Source of the DNA: Candidatus Omnitrophota bacterium
Lineage (GTDB): Bacteria; Acidobacteriota; Aminicenantia; UBA2199
Assembly: GCA_050258455.1 (NCBI GenBank)
Contig: JBLMYT010000012.1
Span: 65,376 to 129,375 of the forward strand
DNA: 64,000 bases
Direction: 5' to 3'
Shown: piece after piece, positions 26,697 through 40,799 of the stretch
Layout: every line of letters starts with the position of its first letter
Numbering within the stretch: the first letter of the stretch is position 1
The notes under the pieces: model-generated
Databases searched by the model: none
Seen by the model: only the letters and a program-made list of their open reading frames with translations
What the model was told of the DNA's origin: nothing
Position numbers and translations under genes: made by a program

Positions 26697-27686
26697 TCAA
26701 TTATTGTTTCCGATCGGGTCGATATACACGGTGGAGCAGGAACTATTGTAGTTATCTGCGTTTTTAAACAAATCGCCCAGAGCGGTATCGAGGTTGATGG
26801 TGCCCTTGAGGTTCATGTCGATTTCCGTGACCCAGTTTTGACCATTTTTCGTGGTGGAACTGATCTTTATTTTCAAACTGGTCCCGGTCCCGAACGCTTC
26901 ATCGAATTTATTTTGAATATCCTGGCAGGAAACCGTCTTGCCGATGTTGTCCTTAAAAAACTGTTGGACCGCCGAATTGTTCAGTTGGGCAAGTAAATTC
27001 ATGGCTTCGGTGAAATACGTATCTGCGGGTTCGCCGTAACACACCCCGTGTTTATACCATTCGTGATTTTGCAAGCAGGAGAGAACGCCGGGCATGACAA
27101 TGGTGAGCGCATTGAGCGTATCGGTGCTCAAATTGGGGATCTGAGGCATTTGGCACCAGGCGCCGTTGTTATCCAGTTGCTGGATATTGGAACTGACGCC
27201 GCAATAACAATTGCTTCGGGGTTGGGGCCAGAGACCGTGAAGGGTAAAATGGGTGGCTTGAAACGCGTTGGGGTCTTCGTTTTGGCATTCGGTCTTATCG
27301 GAGTGGAATTCGCAAAACGCCGGCTGCCAGCTCACGGCAAACACATATTCCGGTGCGTCGCCCGGATCGACCGGCTTTTTGGAGGAATTCCCCGAACCGT
27401 TGGTATCCAGATTCCCGCAGGTGACCGCTACCCAGCGTTCGGCAGGATTGGCGCCCTGAACTCGGATCTGGTAGTAGGTCGGATTGGTTTTATTGGCACC
27501 GATGACATCATAAACCGTACCTTTGGTCAGCATGATGTTTCCGGGGTTGGATCCGGTTTTAATGGAACTCAGCGCCGGACACGTATCGTTGGCGGTAAAG
27601 TGCCCGCTCATTTTGATGGATGCCGCACCGGTTACAGGTAAAAACACACAAATTAGCGTGATAATTAAGATTCGTTTAAAAAGCAT
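26697..27686 (-). CDS. secreted RNase T2 family ribonuclease with an N-terminal extension
   Basis: A signal peptide. CAS I motif FTLHGLWPQ and CAS II motif HEWYKHGVC are present, plus multiple Cys. Confidence 0.7.
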   Translation of the reverse strand: MLFKRILIITLICVFLPVTGAASIKMSGHFTANDTCPALSSIKTGSNPGNIMLTKGTVYDVIGANKTNPTYYQIRVQGANPAERWVAVTCGNLDTNGSGNSSKKPVDPGDAPEYVFAVSWQPAFCEFHSDKTECQNEDPNAFQATHFTLHGLWPQPRSNCYCGVSSNIQQLDNNGAWCQMPQIPNLSTDTLNALTIVMPGVLSCLQNHEWYKHGVCYGEPADTYFTEAMNLLAQLNNSAVQQFFKDNIGKTVSCQDIQNKFDEAFGTGTSLKIKISSTTKNGQNWVTEIDMNLKGTINLDTALGDLFKNADNYNSSCSTVYIDPIGNNN

Positions 27687-27805
27687 TCGTTGCTCCTTTT
27701 ATTTTTTATCTAAATATTTTAAGTTCAGATATGAAAATTTTGGTCAATATTGTTGAAAGGTTTAAAAGAACGAAAGATTGGTTATATCAAGCGGGACAAA
27801 AAATG

Positions 27806-30800
27806 TCAAGGTTTTTGGTTTCCGGTTTTTTCTTTGAAGGCGAATCTATTTTCAGCCTTTTGATTGGGAGTGTCAAAAAAGGTAAGCCTCCATAAATAAT
27901 AAATGGGAGGATAAACGAGTAACTCCATGAGGAAGGAGGTGAATAAGCCGCCGACCATGGGCGCTGCGACTCGCTTCATCACATCCGCCCCTGTGCCCAT
28001 ACTCCACATGATGGGCATCAGACCCAGAGCTGCGGCACAGACGGTCATCATTTTCGGTCGGATGCGTTTGACCGCACCATGAACCACGGCATCCTGCAGC
28101 TCCTCTTTGGTGTTTAACCGGTTTCGGCGTTTCGCGTCTTCGTACGAGAGCTCGAGAAAAAGGAGCATAAATACCCCGGTTTCCGCATCCAACCCCATAA
28201 GCGCAATCATCCCGACCCACGCGGCAATGGAAATATTATAATTGAGAATAAACATCAACCATACCGCACCCACCACCGAAAACGGAACGGCAAGCATGAC
28301 GACAAACGATTTAAACGCCGAACGCGTGTTCATGTAGAGCAAAAGAAAAATCAATATTACGGTGATGGGAATGACCAGCTTTAACCGTTCTTTGACCCGC
28401 TGCATGTTTTCATATTGCCCGCTCCAGATCAACGAATACCCGGTCGGCAGTTTGACATGGTCCTGAATGACCTTCCGCGCGTCGGTCACATACGATCCCA
28501 CATCCCGGTCCGCCACATCCACAAACACATAACCGGCCAGCATGCCGTTTTCATCCCGGATCATGGACGGTCCGCTTGAGATCGAAATGTCTGCAATTTC
28601 GGACATCCGGACCTGTGCCCCCGTCATGGTGGGAACCAATACCTGCTCCAATTCATCGATGGTCTCCCGGAACGCCCGCGCATACCGCACGTTCACGGAA
28701 TACCGTTCCCGACCTTCCACGGTGGTGGTTACGGTTTCCCCGCCAATGGCCGCCATGATCGTCATCTGGACATCATCGACCGTTAACCCGTAACGCGCGA
28801 GATCTTCCCGCCGCGGCGTGAAGTCGATAAAAAAACCTCCGGCTGCACGCTCGGCAAACACACTCCGGGTACCCGGAACGTCCTTTAATGCCTTTTCCAT
28901 GGCTTCACCCAACCGCTGAATTTCATTGAGATCACTCCCCAGGATTTTGATACCCACGGGCGTGCGCACCCCGGTGGTCAACATATCGATTCGGGCTTTA
29001 ATGGGCATTGTCCAGGCATTGGTGTTACCGGGAATTTGAAGCGCCCGGTTCATCTCATTGATCAATTCTTCCCAGGATATTCGGTCCGGCCACACCGGAC
29101 GGAGGATGGCTTTTAAAATTCCCGGCGCCCATGACGAATACCAGCGCTCCTGATGCCGCCATTGCGACTGCGGTTTCAGGATGATCGTGGTTTCCATCAT
29201 GGAAAACGGCGCAGGGTCGGTCGAGGTATCGGCCCGCCCGGCTTTACCGAATACGCTCACGACTTCCGGAAACGACTTGAGCACCCGGTCTTCGAGCTCC
29301 ATCAATCGCTGCGCTTCGGTAACGGAAATACCGGGCAACGTGGTCGGCATATACAGGATGGTTCCTTCATTCAATGGCGGCATGAACTCCCGGCCCAGAT
29401 GAAAATAAACCGGAAGGGAAACCGCAACCAGCAGCACAGCCATTAAAATGACTTTCCATGGGTGACGCAATACAAACCGACAGGGGCCTTCATACAGGCG
29501 AAACAAGACCCGACTCACCGGATGCGTGTCTTCTTTGTAATACCTTCCGACCAACACCGTATTGGTGAGTTTGGCCAGCCACCGGGGACGAAAACCGAAC
29601 GGGTCCATCCGGGTAAAGGACATGCGCACGGCCGGATCCAGGGTCACGGCCAACAAGGCGGCCATGGCAATGGTTAATGTTTTGGTATAAGCCAGCGGTT
29701 TGAATAACCGGCCTTCCTGATCGACCAGGGTAAAGACCGGGAGAAACGAAACGGCAATCACCAGGAGGGAAAAAAAGACCGAGGGACCGACTTCCATCAG
29801 CGCTTCCAGTCGAATCGCATGAAAATCGCCTTTTCGTCCTCCTTCTTCCCAGAGTTCGAGTTTTTTATACGCGTTTTCCACTTCCACGATTGCCCCGTCT
29901 ACCAGTACACCGATGGAGATGGCAATACCGGCCAGACTCATGATATTGGAGGAAATACGCGCAGCAAACATGGGAATGAATGCCAGCAACACTGAAATGG
30001 GAATGGTCAGAATGGGCACTAACGCCGAGGGGATATGCCAGAGGAAAAAAAGGATCACCAGGCTCACGATGATCATTTCCAGAAGCAGTTCTTCTTTTAA
30101 ATTATCGATGGACCGATCGATCAGTTCCGAGCGGTCGTACGTGGTCACGACCTCAACGCCTTCGGGAAGAGACGATTTTAAGCTCTCCAATTTCTCCTTG
30201 ACGCGCGCGATGACCGTGTGGGCATTTTCGCCCTGGCGCATGATCACGATTCCGCCGACCGTATCGCCCTGCCCGTCGAGATCGGCAATTCCCCGCCGGA
30301 TCTGCGGTCCGATGGTCACCGACGCCACATCGCGCAGCAGAACCGGTGTGCCGTTCATGTCGCTTCGAATCACGATTTTTTCAAGATCCGATGTACTTTT
30401 AATATACCCCCGTGCCCGGACCATGTATTCGCGGCCGGTCCACTCGATCAACCGCCCGCCCACTTCATTGTTGTTTTTCCGAATCGCTTCCACGATGGCG
30501 GTTATGGGAATCCGATACCCTTGAAGCCGATTGGGATCGATGATCACCTGGTATTGTTTCTGAAAACCGCCAATTCCTGCTATTTCCGCCACACCCGGGA
30601 CACTCTGCAACGCATATCGGAGGTACCAATCCTGATAAGACCGAATTTCAGCCAGGTTATGCTTGCCGCTGCGGTCGACCAGAGCATATTGATATACCCA
30701 TCCCACACCCGTGGCATCCGGACCGAGTTGGGTTCGAGCGCCTTCGGGTAACGTCCCCTGAATCTTTGCCAGATACTCCAGAACCCGACTCCGTGCCCAG

Positions 30801-31108
30801 TAAATATCGGTGCCATCCTGAAAAATGACATACACGTACGAAAACCCAAAATCGGAAAACCCACGAATGGCTTTGACCCGTGGCGCACCCAGTAATGAGG
30901 TAATGATCGGATACGTGACCTGGTCTTCCATAATGTCCGGGGAACGGTCCCATTGGGTGTAGATGATTACCTGCGTGTCCGACAGGTCGGGGATCGCGTC
31001 CAGCGGGATGTGGTGCAACACATATACGGCATAAATGACGATGCCGATTGTCATGAAGATGACGAGTAACCGGTTATGAGCGGAAAACTCAATGATGCGT
31101 TTAATCAT
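27806..31108 (-). CDS. cusA: heavy-metal efflux RND permease (CusA/CzcA, HME family)
   Basis: 1100 aa. The N-terminus is typical of CusA. About 12 TM helices and two large periplasmic loops. Confidence 0.9.
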   Translation of the reverse strand: MIKRIIEFSAHNRLLVIFMTIGIVIYAVYVLHHIPLDAIPDLSDTQVIIYTQWDRSPDIMEDQVTYPIITSLLGAPRVKAIRGFSDFGFSYVYVIFQDGTDIYWARSRVLEYLAKIQGTLPEGARTQLGPDATGVGWVYQYALVDRSGKHNLAEIRSYQDWYLRYALQSVPGVAEIAGIGGFQKQYQVIIDPNRLQGYRIPITAIVEAIRKNNNEVGGRLIEWTGREYMVRARGYIKSTSDLEKIVIRSDMNGTPVLLRDVASVTIGPQIRRGIADLDGQGDTVGGIVIMRQGENAHTVIARVKEKLESLKSSLPEGVEVVTTYDRSELIDRSIDNLKEELLLEMIIVSLVILFFLWHIPSALVPILTIPISVLLAFIPMFAARISSNIMSLAGIAISIGVLVDGAIVEVENAYKKLELWEEGGRKGDFHAIRLEALMEVGPSVFFSLLVIAVSFLPVFTLVDQEGRLFKPLAYTKTLTIAMAALLAVTLDPAVRMSFTRMDPFGFRPRWLAKLTNTVLVGRYYKEDTHPVSRVLFRLYEGPCRFVLRHPWKVILMAVLLVAVSLPVYFHLGREFMPPLNEGTILYMPTTLPGISVTEAQRLMELEDRVLKSFPEVVSVFGKAGRADTSTDPAPFSMMETTIILKPQSQWRHQERWYSSWAPGILKAILRPVWPDRISWEELINEMNRALQIPGNTNAWTMPIKARIDMLTTGVRTPVGIKILGSDLNEIQRLGEAMEKALKDVPGTRSVFAERAAGGFFIDFTPRREDLARYGLTVDDVQMTIMAAIGGETVTTTVEGRERYSVNVRYARAFRETIDELEQVLVPTMTGAQVRMSEIADISISSGPSMIRDENGMLAGYVFVDVADRDVGSYVTDARKVIQDHVKLPTGYSLIWSGQYENMQRVKERLKLVIPITVILIFLLLYMNTRSAFKSFVVMLAVPFSVVGAVWLMFILNYNISIAAWVGMIALMGLDAETGVFMLLFLELSYEDAKRRNRLNTKEELQDAVVHGAVKRIRPKMMTVCAAALGLMPIMWSMGTGADVMKRVAAPMVGGLFTSFLMELLVYPPIYYLWRLTFFDTPNQKAENRFAFKEKTGNQKP

Positions 31109-31131
31109 TTTTATTCAAGTTATCTCATGTC

Positions 31132-32616
31132 TCAATGCTGGTGTGCAGCGGCTTGAAGGGCAGCATTCAGGGAAGACTCGGAGTCGATGAGAAAGTTGGC
31201 GGACGTCACGACTTGATCGCCCTGGTCCAAACCCGAAACCAATTCGAACAGGTCATTGCTGCGGGTTCCGATTTTAACTTCGATCGGAACCAACTCGCCG
31301 TCTTTGCCCAGAGCAAAGGCGTAGTCCTGCTGACCGCTGCGCATGACCGCGGAAGCGGGAATGGTCAATTGTTCGCCCAGATCGACATTCAGTGTGGCAT
31401 CGGCGTACATTCCCGGTTTAAGGTTTAATTTCTTATTGGCGATATCGATGCGGGCCTGAACGGTTCGGGTTGTGGGATTGAGGGACGGATCGAGGAACGC
31501 GATTTTTCCCGGATACCGTTCACCCGGCTGGTTGGGAATGGTGATTGCCATTGCCATTCCCACTTTCACATCAGGCATATCGGATTCATAGATATCCGCG
31601 ACTCCCCACACATGCGACAAGTCGGTAATCAGCATCAGCGATTCGCCGGCCATGATTTTCTGACCGGGTAAAACGGTTTTTTCGCTGACAAAACCCGAAG
31701 CCGGCGAGAACAGGGTGACTGCTCGTTGAACCTGGCCGGTCGTCTCGATTTGTGCGATTTGGCGATCGGTAATATCCCAGAACTTCAACCGTTGCCGGGC
31801 GGCATTGAGGACCTGTTGGGCCTGCTGAGACAGCGACCGATCGGTGTTTGGGGTGAATTCGCGGGCCATGGTGACAGCCGTGAGTAGTTCCTGTTGGGCT
31901 TCCACCAGTTCAGGACTATAAATCGACAACAGCGGTGTGTTTTTTTTTACCTGTTGACCCGTGACATTCACATAGAGTTTTTCGACCCAGCCATCGATGC
32001 GGGACGAGACGCGGTATTGGCGGGTTTCATCCGCGACAATCCGGGCGGATGTGCGAATATCTTTGAAAAGGTGCCTCCTGTCTACTGTCCCATAGGTAAG
32101 TCCCAGACGTTGAGCTTCGGCCGGAGGAACCGTCACCGTTGCCAGGCCTTGAACACCGGGTTGCGGACCGCTTTGTTGCTTTTTTTTATCCTGTTTCTCC
32201 TGAGGTTTCGGCGATTCTTTCATGGGCACCAGCGTCATGCCGCATATGGGACAATTCCCCGGCTTATCCGATATGTAAGTCGGGTGCATGGGGCATTGAT
32301 AACGCTGGACACGCAGCACCGGTTCTTTGTGCTCATGCGTTGCAGGAGCCTGCGAAGAACCCGAAGGACTCGATTGATGTTTATCGCCACGACAGGCGGC
32401 AAAGGAAAGAGAGATAATGACAGGGATAATGATGAAATAAATAAAAATTTTTGGAGGTGTCGGAACCTTTTTATAAAAAGGTTCTGACCCGCCGGAGGCT
32501 GGCTCGTTACTATATTGTTTTTTATCCGTTGTTTTCATTGTTTTCATGGTTTTTACTCCTTTGGGGAAAGCAGCGGAACCGTGGTTAGGGATTCGATGGT
32601 AGCCAGTGCTTTCCAC
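31132..32616 (-). CDS. cusB: RND efflux periplasmic adaptor (CusB-like membrane fusion protein) with an N-terminal Cys-rich heavy-metal-binding domain
   Basis: CPMHPTYISDKPGNCPICGMTL (a YHS/zinc-ribbon-like metal-binding domain) followed by MFP beta-barrel/lipoyl motifs. Confidence 0.8.
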   Translation of the reverse strand: MESTGYHRIPNHGSAAFPKGVKTMKTMKTTDKKQYSNEPASGGSEPFYKKVPTPPKIFIYFIIIPVIISLSFAACRGDKHQSSPSGSSQAPATHEHKEPVLRVQRYQCPMHPTYISDKPGNCPICGMTLVPMKESPKPQEKQDKKKQQSGPQPGVQGLATVTVPPAEAQRLGLTYGTVDRRHLFKDIRTSARIVADETRQYRVSSRIDGWVEKLYVNVTGQQVKKNTPLLSIYSPELVEAQQELLTAVTMAREFTPNTDRSLSQQAQQVLNAARQRLKFWDITDRQIAQIETTGQVQRAVTLFSPASGFVSEKTVLPGQKIMAGESLMLITDLSHVWGVADIYESDMPDVKVGMAMAITIPNQPGERYPGKIAFLDPSLNPTTRTVQARIDIANKKLNLKPGMYADATLNVDLGEQLTIPASAVMRSGQQDYAFALGKDGELVPIEVKIGTRSNDLFELVSGLDQGDQVVTSANFLIDSESSLNAALQAAAHQH

Positions 32617-33824
32617 AGTTCGGTTAATTCGCGGAAGTAGGCTCGTTCCGCGGAGAATTGCGTTGAAATGTCGTTGATCAGCGACATAAAATCCGCTTTG
32701 TTGGTCGGATAAGCCGCAAAGGAAGATTCGGTACTCAGTCGGGCTTGCGGGAGGATTCGGGTTTTGTATAATCGGATCATATTTTCGGCGGTTTTGGCTT
32801 TCAGAAAATGATCGTTGAGTGCCATGAGCATCTCGTTTTGCATGGAGCGAGTCTCCCAGGCGGCGCTTGTGGCAGCAGCCTGCGCTTCCAGGAGGCGTTG
32901 GGTTTGTCTTCGTCCCGCGTAGAGGGGGATTTGGGCGCCCAGCATCAGTTCAACCATCCCGGTCATTTTTCCCTTGTATTCGTATCCGGCCCTTACATTG
33001 ATATCGGGAATCAATTCTTTGCGCGAATAACGGACCATCAGAGATTGTTCGTCTTCCATGGCCTGGGCTTCTTTAATTCGCGGTGATTGTCGGCGCAAAT
33101 CCCCTTCCAGTTGTTCCAATGAAACCGGTATGGTTTCTATTTCGAGGCTTTCGGGTTTTCCCAGAGGGCGGTCTGTCGGAAAATCTCGCAGCAGGTTGAG
33201 GGTTTTTTCTTTCATTTTAATCATTTCGCGCATGGGAATGATCATTTCGTCCATGCGTGAGATTTCCGATTGGGCTTTGAAAATATCATTCTGCGTGCCG
33301 CTGCCCACGGTGTAGCGCGTCTCGGTAATGGACAGGGTTTTTTGCATCAGGTTTTTTTGTTTTTCCAGTGTTTCGATGGATTGATATACGTAGAATAAAT
33401 CCGCATAAGTCGTTTTAATGTCTCGGATGATATCCCGTTTGGCGGCTTCGAGCGCTTGAAGCCGGCCTTCATAGGCTTTTTGGGCCATTTCGCCGGACAG
33501 TTTCAGCTTGCCGAACAGGGGAAACAGTTGCGAGAAGGAAAAAGCAATGCCGCTATTGGGATCTTTTCCAATCATCCAGCGATTCAGCCCCATGTTTTGG
33601 ATTCCGAGTTCGATCATGGGATCAGGGAGGGTGTGGGCGGGTTTGATGCGATGGGAATAGGCCAGAGATTCGTGTTCGGCAGTTTTGATTTTTGGGTTTC
33701 TCGATACCGCTTCGTTGATGAGGGTTGAAAGTTTTAATGGCTGGTCTTCGGCGTTGAGAAAAAAGAGGGAAAGATAGATCAAATGAATTAACCAAAAGAT
33801 CCCTAACCTTTTCATGCTCTTCAC
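32553..33824 (-). CDS. cusC: TolC-family outer-membrane efflux protein (CusC-like)
   Basis: A signal peptide and two OEP repeats with coiled-coil heptads. It overlaps cusB by 64 nt, which is typical operon packing. Confidence 0.75.
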   Translation of the reverse strand: MKSMKRLGIFWLIHLIYLSLFFLNAEDQPLKLSTLINEAVSRNPKIKTAEHESLAYSHRIKPAHTLPDPMIELGIQNMGLNRWMIGKDPNSGIAFSFSQLFPLFGKLKLSGEMAQKAYEGRLQALEAAKRDIIRDIKTTYADLFYVYQSIETLEKQKNLMQKTLSITETRYTVGSGTQNDIFKAQSEISRMDEMIIPMREMIKMKEKTLNLLRDFPTDRPLGKPESLEIETIPVSLEQLEGDLRRQSPRIKEAQAMEDEQSLMVRYSRKELIPDINVRAGYEYKGKMTGMVELMLGAQIPLYAGRRQTQRLLEAQAAATSAAWETRSMQNEMLMALNDHFLKAKTAENMIRLYKTRILPQARLSTESSFAAYPTNKADFMSLINDISTQFSAERAYFRELTELWKALATIESLTTVPLLSPKE

Positions 33825-34013
33825 CTTAAATTTGATGAAGATATTATATCATCATTCAATCAAAGAAGAAATAAATAAAAGAGACTCCTTATACTTCCCC
33901 CGGTGAGAGCGTATCATAATTTGTGTAAATGTTTATGGTTGCGTCTGGGTTTGTAGCGACGACGCGTGCTACGTCTCTTCTTTTATTTAAATATTTCGGA
34001 TGAGGGTCCGGTT

Positions 34014-35524
34014 TTAATCCAAACGGTAGTTGGGCGATTCCTCGGTGATGATCACATCATGAACATGACTTTCTTTGAGCGATGCCGGCGTGATCCGCAC
34101 AAACCGGGCCTTCTTCCTTAATTCATCGATCGTTCCGCATCCGGTTAATCCCATCCCGGCCCGAACGCCGCCAATCAACAGCGGAACCAGACTCATGACG
34201 CTTCCGCGATACGGAACGCGCCCTTCAATGCCTTCGGGTACGAGCTTGGCTTCGGAATGTTCATCTTCCTGAAAATAGCGGTCCTTGCTTCCGGCTTTCA
34301 TGGCGCCAATCGAACCCATGCCGCGGTACTTCTTGTACGACCGCCCCTGATAAATGATCATCTCGCCGGGACTTTCATCGGTTCCGGCAAGAAGCGATCC
34401 CAACATGACCGAATTGGCACCCGCGGCCAGCGCTTTGGTAATATCACCGGAAAACTTGATGCCGCCGTCGGCAATCACGGGAATTTTTCCATTCACGGCT
34501 TTGGCCACATCCATAATGGCGGAAATCTGAGGCATTCCCGCTCCGGTCACCACTCGCGTGGTACAAATCGAACCGGGACCGATACCGACTTTCACGGCAT
34601 CCACCCCCAATTCCATCAATTCCAACGCCGCACGACCGGTGGCAATGTTTCCGGCCACCAACTGGATCTCCGGATACGCGTTGCGCACGGCTTTGACCGT
34701 ATCCATGACTTTTCGGGAATGCCCGTGCGAGGTGTCGACGATAATGACATCGACCTTGACGTCTGCCAATGCCGCCACCCGGTCCAGGGTATCGGGCGCT
34801 GTACCGACCGCCGCACCGACCAACAACCGGCCCATGTTATCCTTGGCCGCATTGGGATACTTTTCGGATTTTAAGATATCTTTTAAGGTGATCAATCCCT
34901 TTAAGGTATTCCCATCATCCACCACCGGCAGTTTTTCGATTTTATTGACATGGAGCAACCGGCGCGCTTCATCCATATCGATGTTCTCTTTGACGGTGAT
35001 CAGATGCTTGGAGGTCATATAATCCTTGATCTCCCGGTCCCCATCGGTCGTAAACCGAATGTCTCGGTTGGTTAAGATCCCGACCAATTTTCCTTGATCA
35101 TCGATGATGGGTAAACCGGAAATGCCTTTTTCCTTGACCAACTGCAAGGCTTCGTATATTTTATTTTCGGGCTTCAATGTGATGGGATTGGAAATCATCC
35201 CGGATTCGTAACGCTTGACCTTTAAGACTTCCTGCGCCTGGTCCCGAATGCTTAAGTTCTTATGAATAATGGCAATGCCTCCGAGCTGAGCCATGGAGAT
35301 TCCCATTTCGCCTTCGGAAACCGTATCCATGGCCGCAGAGGCCAGGGGAATCCGTAACCGGAGTCCGCGCGTAAACCAGGTAGACGTGTCCACCTGATTG
35401 GGTAAGACTTCGGAATACGCCGGAGTCAACAACACATCATCAAAGGTTAAGCCTATATTCTCTATAAATTTGTCTTTCATATCCATCGGTATGGTTTCTG
35501 AATCCATGTGTCTCACCTGTTTTT

Positions 35525-35528
<4 letters not shown>
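34014..35528 (-). CDS. guaB: inosine-5'-monophosphate dehydrogenase
   Basis: GLTFDDVLL is followed by a CBS pair and the catalytic loop [11 protein letters not shown]. The true start is probably an internal ATG (MKDKF/MDMKDKF) rather than the ORF-track start. Confidence 0.9.
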
Positions 35529-38113
<2,585 letters not shown>

Positions 38114-38265
38114 ACCTATATTATATCAAAATCTAACGTAATGGCAATAATGGTTGACCGGCATTTTGAAGTTTTGCCCCCACATTTTTTTTCAGGATGT
38201 TTCAAAATATGGGGGCAATACCATCATCTATTTATCATTTATCTATCATTCAGGTGAACAATCGC

Positions 38266-39690
38266 TTAATACCGGTAATGGTCGGGTTTATACGGACCAT
38301 CCACACATACGCCGATATAATCGGCCTGTTCCTTACTCAGGGTCGTTAACCGCGCGTTCAAGCGTCCCAGATGGAGACGGGCGACTTCTTCGTCCAACTT
38401 CTTGGATAGCGTGTACACCTTTTTCTCGAAGGTGTTTTGGGCCAGCTCGATTTGCGCCAGACACTGGTTGGTAAAACTGGCACTCATGACAAAACTGGGA
38501 TGCCCCATGGCACAGCCCAGGTTGACCAGACGTCCTTCGGCCAGCACGATAATGGACCGGCCGGATTCCAGCGTCCATTTATCGACCTGCGGTTTGATGG
38601 TTTCCTTTTTGCATTTCGGATTCGTTTCCAGGTAGTTCATGTCGATTTCACTATCAAAATGTCCGATGTTGCAAACAATAGCACCGTCTTTCATCTGTTC
38701 CATGTGTTGACCGTTAATGACATGGTAATTGCCGGTAGCCGTGACAAAGATATCGCCTTCGGAGACGATATCGTCCATGGCGACCACTTCGTAACCTTCC
38801 ATGGCGGCCTGAAGGGCACAGATGGGATCGATCTCGGTCACATACACGCGGGTTCCGGATCCTTTGAGCGATTGCACGCTTCCCTTTCCCACATCGCCGT
38901 AACCGCAGATGACGACTTTTTTACCGGCGAGCATGATATCGGTGGCCCGACGAATCCCGTCGACCAGGGATTCCCGGCAGCCGTAAAGGTTATCGAACTT
39001 GGATTTGGTGACCGAATCATTGACATTGATCGCGGGAAAGAGCAGTTTCTCTTCTTTGGCCAATTGATACAGCCGATGCACACCCGTGGTGGTTTCTTCG
39101 GAAACCCCCCGCACTCGGGAAGCAACCCGGGTCCAGAACTTCGGATCGTTGGCATAACTGACCTTTAACCGGTCGATCAGGATCTGGAACTCGTGAACCG
39201 GGTAATGTTTCTCCAATAACGACGGATCGTTTTCAACCAGTACACCCTGATGAATATACAGCGTGGCGTCGCCGCCGTCATCCACGATCAGATCGGGTCC
39301 CGACCCATCGGGCCAGATCAGCGCCTGTTCCAAACACCACCAATACTCTTCGAGCGATTCGCCTTTCCAGGCAAAAACAGCGGCCGAACCGTTTTGGGCA
39401 ATGGCGGCTGCCGCATGATCCTGCGTGGAAAAAATATTACACGACGACCACCGCACATCGGCCCCCAGGATGGCCAGGGTTTCAATCAACATGGCGGTTT
39501 GAATCGTCATGTGCAAACTACCGGTGACGCGCAGTCCGTTTAAGGGTTTTTGCGGACCGTATTTTTCTCGAACGGCCATTAAACCGGGCATTTCGTTTTC
39601 AGCCAGGACCATTTCCTTCAACCCCCATTCGGCCAATGAGATATCGCTAACCTTATACTTCAAAGATAAATCAAGTTCCAACGGTTTCAT
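38266..39690 (-). CDS. ahcY: adenosylhomocysteinase (S-adenosyl-L-homocysteine hydrolase)
   Basis: 474 aa. The NAD-binding motif GYGDVGKG is present and similarity across the full length is clear. Confidence 0.95.
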   Translation of the reverse strand: MKPLELDLSLKYKVSDISLAEWGLKEMVLAENEMPGLMAVREKYGPQKPLNGLRVTGSLHMTIQTAMLIETLAILGADVRWSSCNIFSTQDHAAAAIAQNGSAAVFAWKGESLEEYWWCLEQALIWPDGSGPDLIVDDGGDATLYIHQGVLVENDPSLLEKHYPVHEFQILIDRLKVSYANDPKFWTRVASRVRGVSEETTTGVHRLYQLAKEEKLLFPAINVNDSVTKSKFDNLYGCRESLVDGIRRATDIMLAGKKVVICGYGDVGKGSVQSLKGSGTRVYVTEIDPICALQAAMEGYEVVAMDDIVSEGDIFVTATGNYHVINGQHMEQMKDGAIVCNIGHFDSEIDMNYLETNPKCKKETIKPQVDKWTLESGRSIIVLAEGRLVNLGCAMGHPSFVMSASFTNQCLAQIELAQNTFEKKVYTLSKKLDEEVARLHLGRLNARLTTLSKEQADYIGVCVDGPYKPDHYRY

Positions 39691-39758
39691 CTGTTACTCC
39701 TCTTTTATGTTTAATATTGATATTAATTAATTTGTTAATCCGGTACACCGGGCAGCGT

Positions 39759-40715
39759 TCAGGGTTTGACGGCCCGGACCATAAAACCTTTTAATTCTTT
39801 CTTTAAGTTAAAATAATCGAAACGATCGATTTTAAAACCGGCTGCGGCTAAATACTTGCGGATATCCGCCTCCGAAAACCCGAGCCATCGATCCCCGAAA
39901 CGCTTTCGCATGTTCTCCTGGTCGTGCGATCCGAGGTCCATGAGGATGAATACCCCATGGGATTTGATTGCCCGATAGGCTTCTTTGATGGCTTTTAACG
40001 GCTCGGCGATATGGTGCAGGACCATGTTGATCACTGCGGCATCGGCTTCGCCTTCCCGGAGCGGGAGGTGTTCCAATTCTCCGATCCGTAAATCCACCTC
40101 CAGGGTTTTGGGTTCCACGGTCAACCGTTTACGGGCGGTTTCCAGCATTTTCGAGGATTTTTCCACCCCAATGAGCGAGTGGGCGCTCGGTTTCAGGAAC
40201 TCCAGCAGGTCGCCGGTTCCGCATCCCAGGTCGGCAATCACGTCGCACGGGGGAATGGCATCGAGAATCATCTCGTTTAACGGGGCATCCCCCAGAATTT
40301 CGTGTTTTAGTTTTTCCCAATTTTCGGCGATCGAATCGAAAAAAAGCGTGGATTCGATTTCCCGCTCTTGCAACATATGCTGAGCCCGGGAGAGGTCCGT
40401 TCGAAAAATCGGTTCCTTATCGAAGAGGTATTTGATCGATTGAATAAACGTCAAACCGTCGCCTTCGACGGTTGCGGAATACAGCGTCCAGAGTCCGTCC
40501 CGGCGAAAGGTGAGCAATTGGTTATCGGTCAGTATTTTCAAGTGACGCGAGATCCGCGATTGTCCCATATCCATGATCGCTACGATTTCATTGACGTTCA
40601 GTTCGTAATGGAGAAAGAGGTGAAGCAAACGGAGGCGGGTTTCATCGGATAACGCTTTGAAAGCCGAAACGATTTTCATGCATATGACTATATCAAGATA
40701 TCTTGATATAGTCAA
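39759..40715 (-). CDS. ArsR/SmtB-family HTH regulator fused to a class I SAM-dependent methyltransferase
   Basis: The N-terminal block LSDETRLRLLHLF...ISRHLKIL is an ArsR HTH. The C-terminal DLGCGTGDL is SAM-binding motif I. Confidence 0.8.
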   Translation of the reverse strand: MTISRYLDIVICMKIVSAFKALSDETRLRLLHLFLHYELNVNEIVAIMDMGQSRISRHLKILTDNQLLTFRRDGLWTLYSATVEGDGLTFIQSIKYLFDKEPIFRTDLSRAQHMLQEREIESTLFFDSIAENWEKLKHEILGDAPLNEMILDAIPPCDVIADLGCGTGDLLEFLKPSAHSLIGVEKSSKMLETARKRLTVEPKTLEVDLRIGELEHLPLREGEADAAVINMVLHHIAEPLKAIKEAYRAIKSHGVFILMDLGSHDQENMRKRFGDRWLGFSEADIRKYLAAAGFKIDRFDYFNLKKELKGFMVRAVKP

Positions 40716-40799
40716 GGGGAAAGGTGAAATTTTTTTTTACCTGGGGTTTACCGATAAAAGTACCTTGTCACCTGCGGTGATTTTTAGTATAATGAACGC

